From Octopus sinensis (lineage: Eukaryota): a DNA stretch of 64,000 nt. The stretch lies in contig NC_042997.1 of the NCBI RefSeq assembly GCF_006345805.1, positions 177,134,001-177,198,000 of the forward strand. Reading direction: 5' to 3'. Of the stretch, positions 51,991 through 64,000 are shown in pieces. The translations under genes were made by a program, and so were the position numbers. Numbering within the stretch: position 1 is the first letter of the stretch; the number at the start of each line of letters is the position of its first letter. The notes under the pieces were generated by a model. That model made no database searches, was not told where the DNA came from, and saw only the letters and a list, made by a program, of their open reading frames with translations.

Positions 51991-52787
51991 AAGTACTGTG
52001 TGGGGTTGGGTGGCGTTGGGTGGAATAAGAGACAATCTGTGAAAGTTTGCCTTCCGTACTCCCACCCCACCACCTTAACCCAACCAAACAAATAAACAAA
52101 ACAAATCAAAACAAAGACATCAGTAAAAGCAAATCATTGAGAATTTTACAGCTGAAAAGTGTATTTCTATGCATATAAGCAATATACAACTCGGGAAGAG
52201 TTGCTTCTTATAAAATGAAACATAACAACAGCTATTGTATTGCTATTGATACAAGCGGAAGTTTGATAACAACAGCCTTTGTTACAGAATAGAACGTATC
52301 AAATCATAGTTTGTTTATTGTTATTGCAGGAAGCCTATAAACAAAATTCATATTTATTTGTTTGCTTACTTTTGTTTTTACTGTCATTTGCTGTTCTTTG
52401 TTTATTGTGGATGTATCCTACGATTTCTTCAACAGTTTTCAGGGAAGCATGTATTAATTCCCAAGAGAAGGTCATAAAATAACGTACGAGTATATCAAAA
52501 ACAGGAATACACATGCACGCATTAATACATACATGGAAGTATAAATGTATATATATATATATGTGTGTTTATTATACATGTATATATATGCATATGCATG
52601 CATATACATGCATATATAAACGAAAGTATATATATATATATACTATTATATACATAAATATACAAACACAACATAACTAGAGCAAAATATTTTAAATTAG
52701 TTGGAGCGGCTTCTCTTCAATCATATCTATTCATGTATACCCCCAGACAGACCTATGTATGCATGCGTACATGTGTATGAGTGTGTT

Positions 52788-52823
<36 letters not shown>

Positions 52824-53039
52824 GTGTGTGTGTGTGTGTGTGTGTGCGTGTGTGTGTTGTGTGTGTGTGTGCGTGTGTGTGTTTATGTGTGTGTGTGCGT
52901 GTGTGTGTTTATGTGTGTGTGTGTGTGTGCGTGTGTGTGTTTATGTGTGTGTGTGTGTGTGCGTGTGTGTGTGTTTATGTGTGTGTGTGTGGTGTGTGGT
53001 GTGTGTGTTATGTGTGTGTGTGTGTGTGTGTTTATATAT

Positions 53040-53070
<31 letters not shown>

Positions 53071-53073
<3 letters not shown>

Positions 53074-53428
53074 CTAAGCAATAAAGGGTTTAGCAACGAA
53101 TTGCCTTACCACATACCGAATTTAGAAATAGCAGTCAAAGAGTTATAGCTATTCTTCTACTTTTTAGTAGAAGAAATAGCTATAACTCTTTGACTGCTAT
53201 TTCTAAATTCGGTATGTGGTAAGCAATTCGTTGCTAAACCCTTTATTGCTTAGTATATATATAAAACGAATTGCCTTACCACATACCGAATTTAGAAATA
53301 GCAGTCAAAGAGTTATAGCTATTTCTTCTACTTTTTAGTAGAAGAAATAGCTATAACTCTTTGACTGCTATTTCTAAATTCGGTATGTGGTAAGGCAATT
53401 CGTTGCTAAACCCTTTATTGCTTAGTAT
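53071..53428. repeat. Two tandem near-perfect palindromes (arms up to ~90 bp, 4 nt T loops)
   Basis: ACTAAGCAATAAAGGG..CTTCTACT-TTTT-AGTAGAAG..CCCTTTATTGCTTAGT, repeated from 53265. Confidence 0.95.
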
Positions 53429-53509
53429 TACTTAAATTTTCCTCGAAGACTACTTGGTGTAATTGATAATTATTCCAAATTAATTAATTTCACCCTTCAT
53501 TATTACGGA

Positions 53510-53556
<47 letters not shown>

Positions 53557-53844
53557 ATGTATGTATATGTATGTATGTATGCATATATATGCATGTATGT
53601 ATATGTACCTATGCTTACACATATGCACACAAATGCCTTTGTATGTGATGGTAGAAAACATATATGCGCAAAATAGAAAAAAAAACCCCGCTGAATATGC
53701 ATATCAGATTTTTATGGTGTTTGTTAGAAATGAAAAACTTGATTAATCGTTTACTCCGAGTTTCTCGTTTCTGATCTTCACAAAATACACAAAATAGCAT
53801 AGCTCTTTCTTAAATCCTTCACGCTCTTCGAGATAAAAAAAAAA

Positions 53845-53881
<37 letters not shown>

Positions 53882-54124
53882 ATGTGTGTCTGTGTGTCTG
53901 TCTGTCTGCGTAGATACGTGGTAAGTAGTATGCTTCCCAATGATATGTTTCCGGGTTCAGTTCCACTGCATGGCACTTTTGGCAAATGTCTTCTCCATTT
54001 CTCTCTCTTTCTCTCTCTCTCTCTTTATACATACATACATACATACATACATACATACATACATACATACATACATACATACATACATACTTACATACAC
54101 ACACAAAATTCATCTGTCGGAGAG

Positions 54125-54410
54125 ACAAGGGCCATCTAGAGGTGAGTTCGATTTCCGGACCGGGCTGTGTATTGTGTGTCTTGAGCAAGATACTTTATTT
54201 CATGTTGCTTCAGTTCACTCAGCTGTAGAAAGGAGTTGCGATGTCACTGGTGCCAAGCTGTATCGGCCTTTACCTTCCCCATGGATAACATCGGAGGTAT
54301 GAAGAGGGGTGGCTGATATGCATGAACGACTGCTGGTCCTCCATAAACAACCTTGCCCGAACTTGTGCCTCTCATGGTCATTCATGACCAAAGGGAGTCT
54401 TTAGTCTTTA
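54125..54410 (+). mobile_element. SINE family D-like copy
   Basis: B-box GAGTTCGATTTCC and CTTGAGCAAGATACTTTATTTCATGTTGCT core. Confidence 0.7.
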
Positions 54411-55008
54411 CTCTAAATTATGATACTCTCTCTAGGATCTGAGATAATGTTAGTAAATCATGAATTTATACTGTGTAGTATTTGACCTATCTATGTTTGT
54501 CTAATTTCATTAGCACGGCTTGACTCAACCTGAAGCTATTGTAGATATGATACTCTCTCACTATACTTCCTAGTGAAATCGAACCCAAATCATAGCGTGT
54601 GAGTGGTCAGCCGATACATTACCTACTCAACAAGCTATAATCATATTTGTGTGTGTGTGTGTGTAATTCATAGTATAACATGATTATTCTCGGAAATGAC
54701 AGCTTAGTCTGATACTCAAATTCACATAATGTCTTCACCAATTTGCTATCAGGTTTCAAATTACTCTATTAAATTCGAAATTTAAATACATTCTTTCGGC
54801 GTTTAGGATGGTTTAATTTCTGAATAATATTCTGAATCTAGATTTAGAGAAAATACGACTTCAGTGAAAAATTATTTGTGTAATTCGATAGATTAAGCAT
54901 GTCAAGCGTATTTCGTAACTATAAACGAAACGATTGGACGATCATTGTGCTAATCTCTCCTCTCCTCTTCCTTCCCCACTCACTCTTCCTCTTTTTTTCT
55001 TATTATGA

Positions 55009-55055
<47 letters not shown>

Positions 55056-55199
55056 GGTTATCATTCATTCCTCAATAACTTCCTCCTATTTTCTTTCTTT
55101 ATATAAATCATTATTCACATGATAACAGTTTAAAATACAGCTAGCATACTCATTCCTGATATAAGTAAAAAGATGAAAAAATTTAATAATAATAAGTAA

Positions 55200-55640
55200 A
55201 AAAGTTGTAATTTAGAAACAAGACAAGCAATTTTGAGAATAGGCGAAGTAGTTGATATCATCGACATCATATTTGAATGGTACTCAATTTCATTAACCCT
55301 GAAGGAGGAATGAGATACTGAACTGACCTCAGCTGGATTTGAATTCAGAACGTGAAATGTCAAAAAAATACAAGGCAATATTTCTGACGCTTTAACGATT
55401 CTAGCAATCGACTGCCTTGAAGAAACATAAGTTAAGGTTTAAAATTTTGGTACAGGGCCGAGAAGGAGAAAAGTCGATTATATCGATCACATTGCTAAAC
55501 TGGTATTTATTTTATCAATTTGGAAAGAACGAAAGTCAAAGTCGACCTCGGCCGAATTTGAATTCTGAACATGAAGAAACGGAAGTACTGTCGCTAAATA
55601 TCTTGTCCGATGCTTTAACGTTTCTGCCAAGTTGCCGCCC
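55200..55640 (-). mobile_element. Two older SINE B copies
   Basis: CAAAGTCGACCTCGGC..TTTGAATTC..AACGTTTCTGCCAAGTTGCCGCC. Confidence 0.75.
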
Positions 55641-56157
55641 TGCAAAAAAAAAAAAAAAAAAAAAAAAGATAAAAAGAGAAAAACAACACTAATAATAAGT
55701 TCTTTTTCTCTGAGATTCGCTGTATTCGATAAGAAGTGACATAAAGAATATGAACTTAGACGTAAACGAAAAGGGAATTTTTTTTTATCGTAAATAAATC
55801 GATTGTATACATTTGAATAGGTTTGATGATATAGAAAATTTTCAATAGTGTGAATACATGTGGGCGTGTATGTGTGTATGTGTATGTGTGTACGTGTACT
55901 GAATATTCGATTAGTAAAATAAACTAACGTATTGTCTACAATCAAATAAATATAATTTTAGAAAACAGACTTGGCGACGTCAATTTCTGTTTAGAAATAA
56001 ATTAGAAACAAAAAATTTTTAAAAAAATAAATAAGCAAACTGCCTAGTAGGTCGTCAGTACTCATTTTCACATAAATACCACTTTTTTGCAAGCTAAAGA
56101 ATTTTCGATATAACAAAACAAAAAATCTATTAGAAAGACTATTTTGCTTCTTTAGAG

Positions 56158-56348
56158 CCGTATTTTTCATACATACAAGTCGACTTATGAAGTGTAAACA
56201 TTCAGGCATCATCGTTATTTTTCGAAATCCTACTGTATTTCACATGGAATTTTTTTTTCCTCCAAACTAGTCGTGGTGTATAAGTCGACCAACCATTTTG
56301 CTGTAAATTTAGGTCTGAAAAATTCGACTTATATGCCAAAAAATACGG
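56158..56348. mobile_element. pogo/Tigger-like MITE
   Basis: TIRs CCGTATTTTT..ACAAGTCG / CGACTTATA..AAAAATACGG followed by TA. Confidence 0.6.
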
Positions 56349-57781
56349 TACTTCAGCTCCCAAATGTTGTACAGTTTCTATAGTGACAAAAGAAACCTGC
56401 TCCGATATTTAAAACAGTAGAGATGTTGAACACACAGACATCTGAGATCAGATCCGAAAAAAAAAAAAAGCGCCATTCGGTTAACTAGCTCGGAGTCATT
56501 CGCCAACATTCTCTTAAGTCAACCGACGCGCTGTCTCCTCGTTTTGCCTTTTCTACCGTTTCTACAATGGCCAGTGCTCTTCAGAGCTGGTTGTTAAAGA
56601 GATACTAAAGCTTTTTCACTACTAGCCCCAGTGGTTTAACCGGTTATCCTTCGACATAAGGGTAACACGCTTAGCATGATGCTTATACCGAAGAAACAAT
56701 GCAAACAATGCTGACTGTAATCACACTCTGCTGGTTTAAATAATGTCTGAAACATTATGTCTGAGAAAAATAAATGGCATGATGGTAACAGCTGGAAAGG
56801 TTTTTGATCTTAAGTCTCCAGTAAGAGATAACATAACCTAAACAACAACAGCAGCAACAACAACAACAACGTTTAATACGATCAGTACAAATACCTACGT
56901 TAAAAAAAAATGTTGGAAAGAAAATACTAAGTTAAGCCTTTTGTTATAAAGAAAAATACGGCAATAAACTACGCGGCACTGCTGTAAATTTCTTGAATTT
57001 GGGTAAAAGAAAATACAGGAGGATCAATTAATTATGATTTTATTCAACATATTTCCTTCTCATATTCACGCATTTATCGCAACGGTCCTTCAGTTTTTCT
57101 AAGCCCTGTAAAAGAACTCGGAACGCTAGGCCTCTAACCAGGCCTTTCGCTATACTCTTAAAACCAGGGACTTTTCAGCACCCCACTCATAGTATCATAT
57201 ATAAGGGAAGTGATGTTTCAACAGCTTATGATTTTCGGCGGGAAAACGAATTAGTTTTTGATGGTCTGTGGAGAATAATTATATTTCTATCTTTTCTCTT
57301 TAGAATAACCCTACCCACAAACGTTATAACCTAGTCCCACCCAACGAAGTACATTCACTTTTAAATTTGCAAATGTCGTTAACAAAAGTTTTACAATAGT
57401 TTTTTTTTATTCAAACTCCCATTTTTTTTCTTGATTCAGCAAGAAATTTTGATTATCAGAAACATGAAATTTTTCTACCAGTTTTGTTTACAATAAAAAG
57501 AGATGAAAATAGTTTTAAAAAAAGTTTATAACATATAAACCATTCTGTTGCATCGGAATTTCTAAAGGGAAAATTAATAATAATTATTTGCTATGAAAGT
57601 GAGAGTTGGTATTCTGCTCCGAGCAGTTTTTTTTCTAAATACAAGTTAGCGTATTCAATTCTGTTTACTAAAATTATACTTATTTGACTGCAGTCAGTAA
57701 GTTATATTTCACTAAAATAATACGATATGTTAATATATATATATATGTTCTATCTAGTTTCAGCTCAGAGCTGCGGCCATG

Positions 57782-57856
<75 letters not shown>

Positions 57857-57859
57857 TAA

Positions 57860-58245
57860 TTATGAATTTTCTGGTTAATTCCGTAATGGAATCGGCGGCT
57901 TATATTTATTTGCTGCCGATAAATTTGGCGCGAGTGCGATGATTTGAAAATTTTAGGTCAGATATTGCCGAGGCAGGGTCGGAAATGCCTCGTGAAAATA
58001 TCTGTTCCGACTTGGCTATTTCTTACTGATGATTCTAAGGGCTTATGGAAGATTGGCTTGATTTAATTTAATCGGGTTAGTTTACCATTAAACAGTAGAT
58101 GAAACGGTGCATCGTATAAGAAATTACAGGGTAAATGTTTTTTAATTTTCTCCTGGTTTACGGAATTGATGTTATTTTGCGGTTGAAGCTTTTGGCTGTT
58201 ATTTCTAGTGGGTGAATGGCCTATTATGGCCGTTCCTTGATTGTG
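57860..58245 (+). mobile_element. PLE/retrozyme-like repeat between (TA)n tracts
   Basis: Non-microsatellite island flanked by (TA)n that carries a complete hammerhead motif. Confidence 0.55.
58018..58124 (+). ncRNA. Type I hammerhead ribozyme with extended stem II
   Basis: Stem I AUUUCUUA/UAAGAAAU (8 bp), CUGAUGA 58026-58032, stem II UCUA/UAGA, GAAA 58101-58104, stem III ACGGU-GC-AUCGU, GUA triplet ending at 58116. Confidence 0.8.
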
Positions 58246-58251
58246 ATATAT

Positions 58252-58299
<48 letters not shown>

Positions 58300-58307
<8 letters not shown>

Positions 58308-58375
58308 GAACATACATATGTATATATATATTATATATAATATATATATATATATAATATATATTATGAACATAC

Positions 58376-58417
<42 letters not shown>

Positions 58418-58648
58418 TGAACATACATATGTATATATATATTATAATATATATATATATATATTATGAACATACATATGCATATATATATATATATTAT
58501 ATATATATATATATATATATTATGAACATAGATATGCATATATATATTATGAACATACATATGTATATATATTATGAACATACATATGTATATATATATA
58601 TATATTATGAACATACATATGCATATATATATTATAAACATACATATG

Positions 58649-58680
<32 letters not shown>
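58300..58680. repeat. Minisatellite TTATGAACATACATATG embedded in (TA)n, about 8 copies
   Basis: Seen directly. Confidence 0.92.
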
Positions 58681-58688
<8 letters not shown>

Positions 58689-59369
58689 TGTACGCACGTA
58701 CACATAGAGGTACATATACATACGTACTCTCATACATCCACCCACACACACATTACATATTGCACACTGGCACACGCATACATATACATGCCATTGATTA
58801 GTTTTTATATCCTCAAACCTATTCAAGTGCACTCAGTCGATTTGGTTTAAAAAAAAAACAAAAGAAATTCTTTTACATTTATTCATATTAATTTCACCCT
58901 GTCTCGAAAAAAATAATCAATTTATTATTAACTCATTAGTAAATTGGGTATCGTTTCGACTAATAATAGGATACTGCACATTGCTGTGGAGTTTTGACGT
59001 TCCTTTCGCAACCATTTAGTTCTGTATTTAATCTTACAGAACGCCCTTTTGGATAAAAGTTTTTACTATAACTCTGTTTGAGTAATATCTTCTGAGTGTA
59101 GAAGCTCCGCGTATATGTATGTGTGTGTTCCTATTTTGCAGATGAATATCAACGAAAGATATAAACATCAGCAAGTAAACATTAAACCAGTGGTTTCAAA
59201 CAAAGATATCTCATTGTTTTGCTCCTTCTAAGTTGTACAGACGTTTTCTTATCAACTTCTATCGTAGTCCTTCAAATATTCTACTCACAACTTCATTATT
59301 CCAAATCCTACACTTAGCTCACTCTTAGTTATATTGCAGTTATTCAGGTAAAATCAAAATCTAGAACAC

Positions 59370-61007
59370 GCAGAGAAATTCATCCATTCCAAAAATAGAT
59401 GGTCTTTAGTCAGTAATACAAATCCAGTAAGAACTCAGTCCAAACCAGGTCAGACGATGATCCTTTCGTTACTCGCAAACATATTTGCCCTAGACTCAGC
59501 CCATATAACCACCAAACTCTCCAAAATTTTTCTCATTTCAGGGATTTATCTTGATCTTTGGAAACACACTACAATGCCTTTATTCCTGCCAACAACGCTC
59601 TATCAGTCACAGTATCTGTAAGACAACAATGATACAATTCTATATTTAAGAGATGAGGAATTATGTACATTATTTACATTATTTACAATTGAAGGATATT
59701 TGTCCTCAAATCCCACCATCCATGCAGTGTAAAATGAAGGATTGCTCAGAGCCTAAAACATCGAGCAATGAATATAAGTAGCGATCGTGATACCCACTAC
59801 GAAGAAATGATCAAGCTCATTAACAATCTATTAAGTAACAACTACCCCAAAAGCATACTCTCCACTCTAATTATGAAGAAAAGAGAGGATGAAACCGATA
59901 AATTGTCCACGGTTGTCTACTCTATGTGAAAGGCCTCTCCGAAAATATACAATAGATATGCGGCCCATATGACATCAGGACAGTATTAAAAAATAGTACA
60001 ACACTTCGCAAATATCTCCTTCGAGTGAAACCACCAATAGAAGAGAATATGACTAAGAACTGCGTGTACTCCATCCCATGCAGCTGTGGTAGGTTATACA
60101 AAGGCGAAACATGCCGCCCCTCAAAATAAGGGTAGAGGAACATCACAAAGCCGTGACACGGTGAGATATTAATAAATCGGGTATAGCTGATCACGTATGG
60201 AAAAAAATGGAAATCACCCCTCCTGTGGGATGAAGTTAAAATAATAGACAGAGAACACCACTGGAAAATACGAAAACTTAAAGAAGCAGCACATATGCTA
60301 GGACACAACAACATCCTAAGCAGACCGAGTGCAGATCTGAACAGCATTTGGGAACCGATATTAAAGAAGGATAGGAGAATATTAGATTTATAAGCCCAAA
60401 AATTCACTCCATAATTCCCTACGGGTATATGGTGTAGTGGTTAAGAGCGCGAGCTACTAACCCCAAGATTCCGAGTTTGATTCCAGGCAGTGACCTGAAT
60501 AATAATAAGAATTACAATAATAATAACAACAACAACAACAATAACATAAAAAAATACCTTAGGAATGAGAACCCATGTTCAAAATTTCCCCAAGACGCCT
60601 GATAAAGGCTGGAGGGTATATCAGCCGAAACGTTGTGTTAACATATCCGTCAATTATAAATTATGTAAATAATGTCAACAAGGATGTTTTCTAACATTGA
60701 ATATATCTCTCCCTTCTAATCGAGATCCGGATTCCGTGAAGCCAGATTCACCGGTGATCTACGCTACAAAGTCACCCACCAGTGGGCTCTCACCTTGGAG
60801 GAATTTGATGTAAGCACAGTTGTAGCCATTGGCATCATTAAGACTTTAGATCATATCCAATAAATAAACCTATCAAAACAACCCATATTTTATCTCTACT
60901 AGTTACTCATCTCTTGGACTGGTAGCTTCTTAGCAGATTGCCCTATCAAGGCGTGGGTTGACAGAGATATTTATGTTCCGCAGCTTGTCAACACTGGCAT
61001 CCGTTAA
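59370..61007 (+). mobile_element. Degraded CR1/Jockey-type RT (59370-59625 and 60680-61007) split by a PLE insertion
   Basis: GFREARFTGDL..VTHQW..LEEF..VVAIGIIKTLDHI..WTGSFLADCPIKAWVD..VNTGI (RT motifs GFR..STGD, ALDIxKAFD, SFLxDR, VNxGVPQG); left part has a decayed PANYRPIS-like motif. Confidence 0.65.
59630..60675 (+). mobile_element. 5'-truncated Penelope-like element with inverted terminal piece, GIY-YIG, tRNA-like segment and hammerhead
   Basis: SHHPCSVK, CVYSIPCSCGRLYKGETCRP..RVEEH, KLKEAAHM; 59667-59700 is the reverse complement of ~60642-60675; hammerhead GACGC-CUGAUAA-A-GGCUG..CAGCC-GAAA-CGUU-GUGUU at 60594-60639. Confidence 0.9.
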
Positions 61008-61029
61008 GAATTTTGCCAGTTCGCCGCCT

Positions 61030-61262
61030 TAGATACGATTATAATATTGATTTTAAATTTTGGCACAAGGCCAACAGTTTCGGGGAATTGGGTAAGTCGA
61101 TTGCACCGACCCCATTACTTCACTGATACTTATTTTATCGACTCCTAAATGATGCAAAGCTAAATCGACCTCGGCAGAATTTGAACTCAGAACGTAAAGA
61201 TGGATGAAATGCCGCTAAGCATTTTGTCCGGCATGCTCACGATTCTGCCATCTTGTCGCCGT
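61030..61262 (-). mobile_element. Older SINE B
   Basis: Family motifs with alternative tail. Confidence 0.8.
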
Positions 61263-61730
61263 TAAGAAATTACATAGCGAGCCACTACAGAGGATCGCAC
61301 ACGTACCTTTCGAACTGTAAAATGTGTTGTACCATTCACCTGAGCGACTTATGACAGATACGATTAGAATATTTTAGAATGTAAAATATGGATCTCTATA
61401 AGCATTCCCCATCAATATTTTCTGTTGTTCGATCTATACTGATCTACAAGGCTCATTGAATTAGTATGTAAATGTTTAGTATTCCACAGACATGTGTGCC
61501 CTAAAAATAATTCTGAGCGTGACACAATTTAATGAAATTAAACTTTGGAGTTACTGTTACAACTCAGTAACGAGTTTCCGTACAGTTTCTGTCAACTGAA
61601 TTTCATTCACAAGGGATGGATCAACAGGAAGCTATAGGAAGTAAGTGATACCTACCCGACATGATACACAGTGGGATGGAACCCGAACCTCGTAACTGTG
61701 AAGGGAACCCTTTTTATAATTAGGCACACT

Positions 61731-62315
61731 AAGGGGGCGAGCTGGCAGAAACGTTAGCACGCCGGGCGAAATGCGTAGCCGTATTTCGTCTGCCGTTTCG
61801 TTCTGAGTTCAAATTCCGCCGAGGTTGACTTTGCCTTTCATCCTTTCGGGGTCGATTAAATAAGTACCAGTTACACACTGGGGTCGATATAATCGACTTA
61901 ATCCGTTTGTCTGTCCTTGTTTGTCCCCTCTGTGTTTAGCCCCTTGTGGGTAGTAAAGAAATAGGTATTTTGTCTGCCGCTAGGTTCTGAGTTCAAATTC
62001 CGCCGAGGTCAACTTTGCCTTTCATCCTTTCGGGGTCGATTAAATAAGTACCAGTTACACACTGGGGTCGATATAATCGACTTAATCCGTTTGTCTGTCC
62101 TTGTTTGTCCTCCCTGTGTTTAGCCCCTTGCGGGTAGTAAAGAAATAGGTATTTCGTCTGTCTTTATGTTCTGAGTTAAAATTTCGCTGAGGTCGACTTT
62201 GCCTTTCATCCTTTCGTGGTTGATAAATTAAGTACCAGTTGCGTACTGGGGTCGATGTAATCGTCTGCCCCCCCTCCCACAAAATTTCGGGCCTTATGTC
62301 TAGGGTAGAAAAGAA
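61731..62315 (+). mobile_element. SINE B trimer
   Basis: Full head, then two restarts at AAAGAAATAG|GTATTT(C/T)GTCTG; the last unit ends in the alternative tail. Confidence 0.93.
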
Positions 62316-64000
62316 TATTAAGGCACACTGCGCCTACTTACTGAATCGGGAAGTGGACGAGTCAATGATACAACGACAACAAGAAACGTTTTAAGGCAAG
62401 TCTTCCGCGAAAACAAACTTTTGCCTTGCGGATCACATATGTGTAATATAGGTCTGACAGAGACTGAATGAAGTTTAAGAAAATATATTGTCCATTGTGC
62501 TAGTCGATAGTATGTTGTAAATGGTGAGAAAATAGTCATTGTTTAGTATTTCTTAGTTTCTCTTTCAATGACATTCATAGCCGAAACAAATTTAAGCCTG
62601 CCTCTGATTTAGATGCTTCATGCGTTATTGTTTCTTGATATAGAACTGATACTGTAATGAAAGAACTTAAACAATTTGTAGTGGCGACGGTGACAATGAT
62701 AGCGGTGTAAAAAATTTACAGAGAATGTGATGATAGTGTTGTTGTTGTTGTTTAAGTTGTTTTTGTTACCGATAATTGTTATTGCTGTGATGGTAATGAA
62801 TGTTGTTGATGGTTAGGATGAGGTTGAAGATGCTGTTACTAGTGAGGATGAGGATGCTGTTAATGATGATGGTGATGATGATGATGATGATGCTGATATT
62901 GACAAATGCTCCGACGACTGTACTGAAATATGCTGATATGGATTTCTTACATTGGTATATGTCTACGACGTGACTTTGTTAACGGATTTGTCATTGCTTG
63001 GTACTAACACGAGGAAGTTTAGAGTTTTGATGCCGGTTAAGAGTTTACTAACATTTCAACCGAGATAATAATAATTCACTCATTCCACTATTCATATTTT
63101 ACTGGATTTAAGTAATGGGGAAGCCCCTAAGTTTTTGTTCGACCAGCTAGAATTGGCAGCCAAAGTTTTCACACCACACACTACAGCCTTCAATGTAAGG
63201 TAGGACACTTAACAATGTGGTTCTAGATATGCTATGCCTGAAAGAAATAAAACCAGAGAATGGTTAGATTTTAAACATTTTTTATCATAGGTTTCCTTGA
63301 TCCAGGTTGACTTTTGGCTTAACAAGAAGAACAACGTCTAAATATTTTCATTAATATATTGTGAATAAATTAACTTTACAGGAAAATAATTATTTCGAAC
63401 GTTTTACAAAGTAAATGTCGTCGTCGTCATCGTTAGTCTTTGGAGAAGATGGAGATTTTTTCCTTCCATTTCTCTTGCAATAACACATCATGTCATTGGT
63501 ACTTAAATTTCTCATGTTAATGTTTCATTATTATATATGAGAGTGGAGCTATGGACGCAAGCTTGTTAACTCTCAGCTTGTTTTTTTAGTGTTAGCAACA
63601 ATATGCTATTAACATTTTTTCCTGCCACTTCTCTCGGTGGCTTTGTCTTAAATTATCCCCAAGGTGTTAACGACATATCACCAGCAGTTAACTTTCCGTT
63701 TTGACCGATGTATGTCGTTTATTTTTCTGAGGATACAGTCTTGTTAACTCTTTAGCTTGTTATTCAGTTCTGCAACGGTATCCAAATTTGTAGCCCCAGT
63801 TCCCTAGACCTATTGGATTTGTCAAGTTTATAAACAGACAGGGTGCTTGCTATCTGAGATTAATCAATGAAATGTCGACGATTCTGATAGGAACCCAATA
63901 GGGTTCGAAAATCGATTAAAGCTTGTCTTCATTTTTCAATCAACGGAGAAATAGTTAAATTTACCCCGATTATATATCCACACATACACACACACACACA

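Noticed and set aside
56545-56590. Minus-strand CUGAAGA..GAAACGGUA hammerhead-like string
   Set aside because: Stem I cannot form and stem II is weak; compatible with chance.
58300-58680. Regularly spaced repeats resembling a CRISPR array
   Set aside because: Spacers are only (TA)n, the context is eukaryotic and no cas genes are present.

Overview
AT-rich eukaryotic non-coding DNA saturated with microsatellites and transposon relics. The SINE families and repeat landscape most resemble an octopus (cephalopod) genome; this is an inference. No intact host gene is recognisable: nearly all ORFs in the track are translated microsatellites or SINEs, and the rest are transposon fossils. Supported content: at least four tRNA-derived SINE families (many copies, several with TSDs); LINE fragments (RTE, two R4/Dong-type copies in (AAT)n, CR1/Jockey-like RT); several Penelope-like element (PLE) relics; Tc1, maT (DD37D), pogo-like and hAT-like DNA elements; and long inverted repeats. 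The main unexplained signal is about ten hammerhead-ribozyme-like cores read directly from the sequence. Two diverged copies (4.7 kb and 19.1 kb) carry the three hammerhead strands in a non-canonical order with compensatory base changes. Others are an apparently intact type I hammerhead (58.0 kb), back-to-back or palindromic pairs (16.6 kb, 32.8-33.2 kb) and a tRNA-like Pol III head joined to a hammerhead inside a PLE 3' end (60.4-60.7 kb). Boundaries of degraded elements are approximate.
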